From NCBI GenBank assembly GCA_964199315.1, contig OZ116709.1:18476001-18540000 (forward strand): a stretch of DNA of 64,000 nucleotides, given 5' to 3'. The position numbers and the translations under genes were made by a program. Below, in pieces: positions 11,701 through 23,700 of this stretch; position 1 is the first letter of the stretch; each line of letters starts with the position of its first letter. The DNA is from Orbicella franksi (taxonomy: Eukaryota). Under the pieces are notes generated by a model. It was given only the letters and a program-made list of their open reading frames with translations. It did no database searches and was not told where the DNA came from.

Positions 11701-14700
11701 TTATTCTAAGTAAAAATGTATGTGGTAAACATACATGCACATATTTTTGAGTTGCTAAAATGAATTTGTTTCAATTTGTACTTGCAGCCTCTTGTGAAGA
11801 AAGACAAAGAGAGAGAATTAAAGAAGAAAAATGCAGAGTTACAATCAAAGATGGAAAACCTGGAGAAAAAGTGTGCAGTATTAGAGGTTAATAAAAAAAA
11901 TACTTTTTTCCTATGAATTCTTGACCAAGAGAGCATCTCAAGCTCCCATGTTGGTATTTTCAAACAACAGAAGACTCATTTCCTGAAAAACAAAAATGTC
12001 ATTGTTTGGAATACCAATATGGTTGTCTTGATATCAAGGTCTTTAGTTTGCTGTACCTTTTTGTACTCTTTCTTTTCTAAAGATACAATGTGTATTTCAA
12101 ATGTACCTGGCCCTACAAAGTTTTGATCTGGATTCTTGGAAAATGAGAGTGCTATTGTTTGTAGCAGAAACTCAGACTACTTGTTTTCCAAATAATGAGA
12201 GTAGAATTTGATGCATAGTGGATCACTGAAATTATGTTGTGCTAGTTAAAAGAGTTTCAGACTGGCATTCTGATGATGTCTCGTTTTCAAGAAACAAATG
12301 TGTCAAATGTTTGAGGGCAAACACTCTCCTAGTCGTACAGTTGACTTTAACAGTGATCATGATCAAGATTAATAATAAATCATTCCCAAGACAAGGGAGT
12401 TTTTTATTTTACACCATTGAATTCTCCCATCTTGCAAAATATATGAAGACTTGTAAGCTAGATTTGATTGTTGAAATGAGAGGGTAAAGTCTTGACTTGT
12501 ACTTGTAGTCAGTGAGTGGGAATATTTCTCCGTGTTATCTTGGCATGCAGTGCAGTCTTGTGTTTGATCGGTGCTTTACAAACAAAATATATTTTTCGGC
12601 ATTTGTTCTTCAGAAAGAGGCATCAAAGAGTGGCAACTTGAAAGCAACATTCATGGCAGAGGAAAAGATCAAGAAACTGAAGAAGAGGAACACTGAGCTG
12701 GTATCCATTGCACGGCAACTTGAAGACAAGGCAAAGAAACTTCAAGAGGAAAAAGCTACTGCTCAAGTATGTACTGTGGGGGAATTCCTACATACTGTAG
12801 GGGATTCCTAAATACTGTACATAGTTATTCCTGGTTTATTTCACTTTTATAGATTGTTGTAAAAAAGTACTTGTAACATGCCTCTTTTGTCTGTAATGAA
12901 TTTTGTAAATACTACCCCCTAGTACCATAATGATTCATTTAGTGCCCCAGTTCACACTTTGCAAAGTAGGTTTATTAGCTAGTTGCCACCACTTAATGAG
13001 AACCTTGACTGTTAATAATCAGACATTTTTTATCAATAATGTTTCTTTAAAGGAGTTTTAGTCGATCAGTATTTTATTTGATAAACTGAAATTCTATGCT
13101 TTATCAACCCTAGAAAGATCCCAAGACATTCAATTTTACATGCAAATTTATAGAAATCATTTTGTATGAATAGTAAATTACATGTATTTCTGAGCCACTT
13201 GTTGAATATGGATGATTCCTTACGTTTCTCAGAAATTAGCTGAGGAAAACAGCTCCAACACTGCAGGTGTGGAACACATGAAGAAGATGTATGCAAGACA
13301 GAGGGCTAAAGATCTCGCTGAACATGCAAAATCATTACTGTCTAAAGAGAAGGAACTAGATGAACTGAGAAAGCAGATTTTATCACAACAGAATGACCAA
13401 GTTTTTCCGGTATGGATCATGATATTGAGATTTAAGAAATGGAAATGTTGACATCATAGAGCTCTGCCCTGATACAAAATAGTAGTGTCATTGTACCATG
13501 TTACCTGTAGCTGTCTACATTCATTTAGGATCAATCCAGAATACTGTTGTGAATTATTGAACTAATCATTAATTTTGTTTGGGAGCTATTCACGTGTTCC
13601 AGAATATATGGATGGATTTCTTTCTTGCCTATTCTTATTTCAGGAGCAAAAAAGCCAGAGGATATTGCCATGCCATATTATTAATATGCTGTTATGCAGT
13701 CAGAATGAACATGCCCTATAATGTACTACCCCCGCAAGGTTTTGGGTCAGAGGTCAAAACCCAAGGAGGCATCTTGGGAGTCCTTGTGTAAATTATGTGG
13801 ATTCAAACGTTATGTGTTGGTAGATACAACATATATAGATTTGTTTACCAGATGTAATCTCAAGTTGAGTGTCGAGGCACACAAGATAGTCCAGGGTAAA
13901 CCTTCCTAGGTGCGCCAATGCAGTCTCTGCAAGATGAGACCCCTAGAATCTTAAGTGCTGTTGTGTTGTTTGCAGTTTTTGTGAGTTGTTTTGGGATATT
14001 TCTATATCGCTATTCCATTTTTTTTTTAAGAAATATCACTGGGATGAGCAAAAGAAATATTATGAAAGCACCAGATTGAAATAATCAAATCCAAAACTTG
14101 GTTTTTTACAAGCCAAAAATCAACAAGACTCAACCAGGATCAACCAAATGATCTACAGGTAGAACTGACAGACTTGATCTGCAACCCAAAAGTCAAGAAA
14201 ACAGTAATATTTTCAGCCATTACAGCCCAAATCATTACCTAAATTTCCAGACATTACCTCATTATAGTAGCTTATGAAATAGTGAATCAAATACAGTCAC
14301 AGCTTGCGATCTCCTTATCTGTAAGTTAGATCTCTTATTGTAAGATATTAATGTAGGCCTCTATGTACAGTACATCCTTCCACAGTGAATGTTTCTGTTT
14401 TCTTAGCATGATTCTAGTGTTAGCCCTTAAATTCTCAAAAGTGACCAATATTTCATTTCTCCTTACTATACCAGTGTATTAAGAAGTGGACAGGTAATGA
14501 AAATTAGGAGACTAATCAATGGCTGAAGAGTATGGGTTTGATGTACCATTAAATTAGCAAAATTAATGACTTGACTTTGGTGGCTTTCTTTCCAAACCTT
14601 TGATCCTCTGAAAACATGTAGTTCTTTTCTCTGATTGTGGTCAGGCTTTTAGCCAGAATTTAATAAGTGGTCATCCAAATGTGCTATAGGGCCTGCTCAA

Positions 14701-17700
14701 ATTTACAAGGCAGCATGTGAAAAATAAAACAATTTTCCTTAGAAAGTGGCCATCCTCAGGATGCCCAGACACCCATCTGGCTGAAAGCCTGATTGTGGTG
14801 ATAAATCAGAGGATATTACATTGCTGAAAAGTTTCTGTTTTCTCACCACACGCTGTGTATATAATGCATTGATATTGCAACAGGAAATTAGATGTGATCA
14901 TTCATGGAAATTAAACTGGTTTAATAAACTGAAGGAAACAATAATGTCCATATACCTCCCAGCCGATTTCAGTGCCAAAACAATATGTGTTACACACTTG
15001 AGAAATATTGCTCACATATTTCCCATTCTGGCATCTGAAACATGTTTCTAATATAATGAAAGTCATGGAAAAAGGAAACCTTTAAAGTTAGTCTCTCTGA
15101 GATTGCAGTGTTTTTTTTTTTTTTGGCTTGAAGTATCTTTTTCCTTGGTGATGGTATTCTGTTGTAAGCATTGGTATTAACATATCAAGTGAAGATTTAG
15201 GGGGCGTCATTGTTCTAAGTGCTATTTTTGTTACACCAAGAATGCAAAATTCGCTCAGCTGGAAAAGTGGTTATTATTCAAGGCATGCTAAATTTAATCA
15301 CTTGGGTCTAGATGAAGTCATGTTGAAACATCGTAAGAAAGCCAGGGAGAGCAACCTTGTTTTGCCTAATTCCAAGCAAGAGGTATTGAGAGTTGTCATG
15401 TTTTACAACTGTTGAATGATTAGGGATAAGCAGCTTAGAGATTTTATTAGCGGAGCAGTATGTTTAATACTAATGGATCTGTGATGCCCACAAAGGAATG
15501 CAAACTGAAATAATATCCTGACATGAACATTGATCAAAACCTAATAGCTGTTTACATGAATTATTTCTGGTACATGTTATACGGTGTTAGACTTGTGTAT
15601 GACAATACCAGTCTGTAATTGGAGACTAAAACACTTTTTTTTGTGATCATCGTTTTTAATTAATGGCCAAAATGTTTAGGGAAAGATCTAGAGAAGTGTG
15701 TGTCGCATGGATTATATTTACAGTATATCATCAAATATTAGGAAAATGGCTTTCTTGTGATGTATTTTAAGAAGATTGTCATTTTGTTTTGTGTAGTGAT
15801 ATACAGTGTAGCCCCTCCATCCTTTGTTTATGGGGTACTAGGCAGAACTAGGCGTTTTTCTCTTAATACAAAAATTTTCAGAGCAATTACATAAGCACCT
15901 TAAAATTCTATGTGATATTTCAGGTACTCCAAGATGGAGTAATATCCAACTCCTTTGAAATTTCTTATGAATTATTGTGCTAAGAATTTTAAATGAAAAG
16001 ACAAAACTTTTGCTGTGCTTTAATCTATTTACATGTAGGTAACATGAAACTATAAATTTTTGTGGCCAGCATACTGTGATTTCTAGACTTAAGGTCTAGG
16101 ATACTGAGATGAGATAATTGATTCCTTTCAGTTTAAACTCTTCCTTTGTTTTTGTTTACAATTATTTTACTGTCTGCACTCTAGTTTATCTTTAATCCCT
16201 ATTACATTCTCCCAAAAATTTTTTTCTGTCCTAAGTAAACTTTGCTTTTGCCAATAATATTTTTAATAGCCTTCATATCATTTCTCTATTGATCTTTTAA
16301 TTTGTTAGTGTTTATAGCTTAGGCTTTCCAATTAATGCGTACAAGATTCAAGACCAATTTGGGGTGCAATTATAGTTTTAGGCAAAGTTGTATCCTTGTG
16401 CAGTTAAAATGCCTATTATTACAGAATAATTGTGATCACAATAGAAGATATAACAGTATGTCTGATTATGCAATCAAATATTTCAATGTTTTGCTCTCTT
16501 TTTTGCCAACAGAAGGCAAAAGTAGAAGAACTTCAATCAATCATACGTCAGTCAGCCAAGGAGCGATTGTGGTTGGAGAGACAAATTTCAAATGGCGATT
16601 CTCCTCGCTCACCCAGTCCTCAAGTCTTGGCAGGAGATCTGGCAGCAGACATCAAGAAAAAGACAGAAAGGCTTAAAATGTTAGAAGATGAGAACAACAA
16701 CTTGAAGTCTTCAATGACACAACTACAGAAGGCAGAAGCTGAAAGTTTGAAACTGGTAAGACTGACTAAGTTAGTCACACAAAAGTTTTTTGGAACAATG
16801 TGGTACATAATTAGCATTCATAAAAATTATTGTTTATTATCTAGTCTGAGGCGATCAATATAATTAAACTTGTTTTTTTTATCTGTTTCTAGAAGGTGAT
16901 CTTACAATACAATTTGCCAGATCTAGTTTAGAAATTTTCAAAAAGAAATAGGATAAAGCTGTCGAAGAAGACACATGTAAATGTATGGTCAAGTGTGACT
17001 CAAAATGAAGGCACCCTGTACAGCTGTTTATATTCATGTATGTTACGCAGCTCAGACAGTTCTGTGCCATAAACATGTTCATGTCTGATATCAGCTTCTT
17101 TCTTAAATTACAACTACTGGTAGTTTAATAAGTTACCGGTATGTTTCTGTTAAATTTCACACACAAAGTCATAACTGACTGGTTTTTTTTTACTGTGGAC
17201 AATAAGATACTGTTAGACAATATTGTAATTTATTGACACTGCACTTCAGAGTTCTGTTGAAAATTGATATTTTCACTTTGTATCAGTGTGTGTGTGAATT
17301 TGGAAGACTAACGTGATTAGCCTAATCTTAGTGTAGTTAAGCAAATATGTTACTATTACCAAGTGAACATGTTACCTTCCCAGGTAATAACAATGGCAAA
17401 CAATTATTAAGAACAATGATTTTGGCTAGATAAGTCTTCCTGACTAAATGAACATTGTGGATTGTATTCCTGAGTAGTGTGCTGTTAATGTTTCAGAGAG
17501 TATATCTTTCTCAAGCTTTTTCAAGTGTTGAATATTATACTCAATTCTTGATTGGAAAATAGAATAACTGCCTGAGGTGAATAACCATTGTTTAAAGGGC
17601 ATTATCCTTAAATTTGAAGTGGTTTGTAGGTTATAGCCCTTTGATCTTAAATTACCAAGGAGATATTTTCACATGTTACTGGTATTTTTTCTTGAGGTGA

Positions 17701-20700
17701 ATAAATTTGATATAGCCGAACTTTGCTTAGACAGACTCAATCATACATTTGCTCGTTGCTTTTCAAAAGCTGTACAGTTACTAAAATATGTGATTTGTTC
17801 TCTGCCAATTAAATTAACAGCTGCTGCGTGTTTTCTGATCGGCACTACACTGTAAGCCTAGCAGAGTTGATTTTAAGTGGTGCATTCTTAGTTTAAATGT
17901 TTGCCAAATTGCTGGTGGACAAACTTAGCTTATTAATTATTCATTAACCAGGGGATCTCATCTGGAGATCTACATTTTAATAATGAAAGTTTTGCCTTGC
18001 TGCTGAGAGCGTGTGAAAATAATGAAAGGATGTTATTTTTGCAGGCTGAGGAACTCAAGGAGAAGGAGAAAGAAAACCACAAGCTTGTGAATGACTTGGA
18101 GGAAAAACAGACAAAATGCTCCAAACTGGTAACTGCTTTCTATTCTTAACACTACAATCTCCATGTACAGTGATCTGCCATTCTAAGCTGTAGCCAACTA
18201 CTTAAACTGTTCACTAGCACAAAATGTTACAGATGACTGTAAGTTAGTTTTATTAATACCAGAAGCAGTGTTGCATGCAGTGGCAGAATTGGATCCTCTT
18301 GTGATAGCATACATGTATGGACCTATTTTCACCAAATGAATAATGCTAGCTTTAAGCATGTGTATGCAATGGGCAGCCACAAAATCACAATTATACCTTT
18401 GAATCCCCAGTGTATTATTCCATTGCCATGTAATGTCTACTGATTGTTGTGCATGGCAGAAAGTGTGAAGTATATGGTTTGATAGTTTATTAAACAGTGG
18501 TACAGTGGTTTCATTTGTATCACTGAAGCACCAATGAACAAAAGTTTTAATTTAGGTTTAGAAATGTGATTGAACTTAACATGAACAAACAAAGCATCCC
18601 GCAAGCAGGTCTTAAAATAAATTGTTTAATATATTGTTACATGCAGCTCATAAAAAGCCTTACATTTGCAAACATAAAAAGTTACATGTATTATTTCTCT
18701 TACTGTTAGTGCACGAGACATACAAAATACTTCTTTGCACCAGTCGTGATTTAAGGCATTCATTTGGACAGGAAGCACTTTGACTTTGGGCCTTAAGTAA
18801 TTAAAGTGCAGCACTTTAAATGAATGTAAATGCTATCAACCAGCCAATAATATTTTTTCCAGTAGAGGGAATGACATGATCTTGCGAGAGTAAAGCATGA
18901 TCCAAGTTACGATGATTATTATTCCAAGAAAGAAAAATTTCTACCAAACTTACATGCTAGGAGATTAGAGAAGTCAACTCATTTTATTTATATTTTAAGA
19001 AATCATTATAGCAATTTTTTATAATATATTCTTTCACGTTTCCCATGATAATAATGTTAACATGGGTCTTGCAACTTCTTCCTTATTTTAAAATACATAC
19101 TAAAAATCCTATGTTGAAATGAAATGAATTTAAAATAATTTTAGAACTCAGTTTTAATAATTGGATTTTTGTTTTTCTTAACCATTCCAAAGGGTGTTTG
19201 TCTCTTATATATTCAGAAATGAAACTTCTAAATGCAGTTTCTTTCCTTCCTTCCTTGGGTAATGATGATGAATTACTACATTTTATTCTATTTTGTAATA
19301 ATAGTATAATGTGCTTCTCACTATGGTTGTGTAATGGTTTTAGTGGTTTTGGTTTATGGTTTATATTTCACTTCTAATCAGGAACATGAAAGAGAAAGAT
19401 TTGCTGCCAAATGTACAATGCTTCAGAAGAAGAACGCTGAAATGAGCAAGAGGATGGCTGAATTGGAAGAGGTAAGAGTCTGTTGCTGTGCTCTGCTCCT
19501 TAATCAGTTTGCAAACTCAGTAAGCAGGGGGTCCTAAATTCATGTTTGAATTGAGGAAACAAAACTATAGAAACTAAAGAAATGAAAACTCATTTTCAAG
19601 TCTGTCAAGCAGAAGCATATCAAGAACCAACTCAAGTATTATTTCTGTTTGCTTCAGAGAAACCATTGTACTTTTTAATCATAATTTTGCACACGGACTA
19701 GACCCATGTGGGCTGCTTAATATAATCTATTTCTTATCCTAGTGGTGCCTTATGGTAACCTAAGACCATATCATTCTGTTCTATTTAACCAACTAAAAGT
19801 TTTATGCCTATTTGCTAAAGATGGAAGAGGAGTTTGGTAATTTGAAGGAAAAGCTAGAAGTTTCTGAAGTGAAGTGTGGCTTGCTGACAGATGAATGTAA
19901 CAAATTAAAACACCAGTTGGAAGGACTTCTTCATGTCAAGGAGGTGAGAGCCTAATGGCCAATGTAGTGGGCTTTTGATTCTTAACAAATTTAAGGAGGG
20001 AGGGGAGAAAGAGGGTAAGGGGGAGGGTAGATGGAGGCAACGTAGATGGAGGTACGTGTAGGGTACAGCAAGGGAGAGAGACTGATGCATTTTCTTGATT
20101 GTCATCGTACACATATCTGACTTGAGATCCAGAAAGTTGAAGTCTGGTAGGTTGCTGTGTCATATTGTTTAGGAAGGCACCTTATGTGCTTACAAGTACA
20201 ATACATATAGCTTCAAACTAAGTTAAAGTATAAACCCATGTGAACTGGTTAACTGGTTAACAAAAATGTTTGGGGATAACTTGCGTTGGTATAGGATTCC
20301 TTCTAAGGGGAGTAGTGTACTGTGGTACTCTCGCTCTTTTTATGCTGTGGAGACAGGAGTTTATGATTTTTTAAGTTTCAATGGTGAGATTTTTTTTCAG
20401 TGTACAACTTAATGTAATTCATCTCCTGAACAGGATCTAAAGGCAATGGAACAACAAAAGAAGATGATAGAAAATGAACATCTTAGCAGTCTTGAAAAGC
20501 TTAAGGAGAGAGAAGAGGAGATTAGACAACTCCACAAGGTGATGATTGGAGCTATTAAACCCTTCAATGCATGGATGCAATGAGTAACTTATTTTTCCTT
20601 TGTAAATCAATAGTACATTTAATATCTACGAGATTACAATACCACTGACAGTATGCCTATCTTTATATACAGATCCAGGAAGAGGCCAATCGAGCTCACG

Positions 20701-23700
20701 AGATGGCTGTGACGTCATTAGAAGACACGGTGCGTAGTTTGGAGCAGAAGTGTATTGATGCTGAAGAGAACAATATCAACCTGAAGAAAGAGATGGAGGA
20801 ACTGAGAGAACTGGAAAAAGCCAGTATCAAGAAAAAAGGAGAAATCTCTCACAAATCCACTCAGACCACATTAGAAACATTGAACAGGGAAATTCAAACT
20901 GCATTGGAAAATGAAGGTAAGAAGAAAAAACTGTTGCAGTAGCTGCCAAAGTCATTCATTAGTACAAGTATATGAAGGCTTTCTTTCAAAGTGAAGACCA
21001 ACCTACCTTGTGGCACCTGAGAAAGTTAGAAAAGTAAATGTATGTGTGCATACTAAAATGTTTTTGTTTTCTTTCTCAATAAAGTAGAGTGCCAGTCACA
21101 TGGAGACAAATACCAACATTATTCATTTGTATTTACTCAAATTTTTCTTTGGTAGTAATCATGGCTGCACAGTCAATTAAATGTAGAGAGTATTACTTCG
21201 TGCTGATGCAACTTTAAATTCTTATAACAACCATTAAGAAAACATATGACAATCTCAAAGGGGAATAAGAGCAATATAATGCATTTAAAATTTGGGATGA
21301 AAAGGAAAATCTACCCTGTGGCAAGCTATCAAGCCAATGAAAACAACCATGACCTGTTAAAAACAGAAGAAACAATATGCTAGCCATACATACTAACAAG
21401 GCATGTGCACGTGTAAGTGTCAAATTACGTGGCCTATGTTTTGGTTCGCCTATTTCTGAGCTGCAGTGTAATATCATTTGAAGCAGTTGTATTACATTTA
21501 CCTCTGTATTTATCTAACTCTGGACTTATTTTGTAACAATCCACAGGTAAAGGTGTTAATGGCCAGCCTTCACTTGGTGTAAGTCTCTCTCCTCACAAGC
21601 CTTCCAGTAAAGCTAAAAGTGTCTTATCCCCTGACATCACCCCGACCAAATCTGTTGTATCTGAATCAAAGGTAGAGTCTCCCCACATCTCCCTTGTGAA
21701 ACAAAAACCTGAAATGGAAGTGAAGCCAAGTGGTAAGAGTGCAGCAGAGTCAGCATCTGGGTCAGAAGATATCTTGGATGCGCTTGCTTTAAGGATTGAT
21801 CAGCTGGCGGCATCTGATAGTGAAGATGATTTATTTAGCGGTATGTTTACTTTACTTACAAATGGCACAGAAATATATGACTAGCCTCTTCAAGATGTTC
21901 AGTTAGTCGGGGTGCAGCATGAAAAATGGCAAGCAGTGTGAGAAGCAGTGGGGGAAAAATAGGGGAGAAGACTGTGTAGCGAGAGAAAGGGAAATAACTT
22001 TCACTTTCTCTCGCCATGCCTCTGCCCTATTTTTTTGCTCACCATGTTTCGATTTTTCACACTGTGTCCCAACTAACTGAATGCTGGGGAGAGGGTAATG
22101 TATGACTTACTGTGTAGAGCATGTTTCTTTAGTCAGGTCTGACATGCGAGTCATCAATACAGAGGAAAGTGAAGTTATGATAATGAAAAATGTTCAAAAT
22201 CCACACAAAACAGCGTGGCTGCCTCGTAGAATCTGTGTTGTCCAGTACGTGCTTGACAAGAAAGAGTACATGTATGAAGTGTATCTGCACATGCACATGT
22301 GCGTGAAGACTGTGCATGGCATCTTTTGTTCTTGTGAGGACTTACAGTAGATGGCAAGAAAATTTTTTGAATCAAAAGTTCTCTTCATAGGAGGAGGTCG
22401 TCTTATTTATGTGAAACAGAAGTTGGAAAGTCTGTTGTAAAGTATAAAACAATCATGATGCATGTGACAATTTCTGAGAACCTCAGTCAGTATTTTAAGC
22501 TAAATGTAATTGGTTTTGCTCAGATGCCATTTCATTGACCTCTTAAATTTTCATTTGTAGAAAAAGCATACGAAGACCAAATGGATGATGTCCAAGAAGA
22601 GAGCAAATCCAACAAGAGACCTGAACTGGATCTCAGTGACTTAGCTCAGCGCATTGATCAAGTAGCAATCGGTGATGAAAGCAGCAGCTCGATCAGTACA
22701 AGAGAAAGAGGGTGCAGTGATGCCAGTCAGGACTTGACAAGCATGGCTGAGGGAGATATGGGTGACCTGGAGGATAATCAGCCTGATAGCTCTGCTCCTG
22801 AGGATGAGCAGGTTGAACACTCTCCACATCAACCCATTGGTGTGTATGATTATGATGATGATGATGACTTTGACGACGACGACGAGGATGATATTTATAA
22901 TTAACCCTTCATGAACATGTGCTTTAGCATTATTAAGTTTAGATCTGTTGTACAAGAATTTACATTGTATTATTTTGATGACCTGTACTGAAGTTGTACA
23001 TAGTTTTTCAGGAGCTTTCAAGCCCTTTACATTGTATCTTTATGACATTGACATGATAGTAAACAGCAGTTAGTAGTTTATCACATTATGGAATTGCAGG
23101 CTTGAAAATTCGGTCAGGACCTTCTGTTACGTGTCTTGTTTTGTGGAGCATAGTCGAAGGAGGTTTATATTGAACTGCATCAAACATAACAGAGAAAATC
23201 ATCTTACTCAATTGCCTCTGTACTTGCAGTGTCACTTTCTAAGAGTGATTAGTATCTTATTTCTTCTTGCAATATTAATATAATGTCAAGCAGTTGGGTA
23301 ATGAGAATTGAGAAGATCATCGTGGGGGCTGCCTTGGCATACCACCTAAAACTTTATTTACTCTGTCAACCCCTATTAACCTGCCACCTATTAAATGGCC
23401 ACTGCTATTAGATGGCCAGTCCCGATGAGAGTTCTTCTATTGTTTTTACCTCTATTAAATGGCCAACCCCTTTTAAGTGGCCACTATCCATTTCCCCGAG
23501 GGTGGCCGTCTAATAGGGGTTGAACTGTATACTGGAATAATCAGATATGTAAAATGATAAAATGTTGTTTTATCTCTACCAGGTACACTGAATGTGCATA
23601 TTGCCAAGCCTAATGAACAGATGTCTGCAGCAGACAGCAACAAACCAAGTGCTGATGAGGAGGGACTTGACAATAGATATCTGGAGGGCGATTACAGTGA

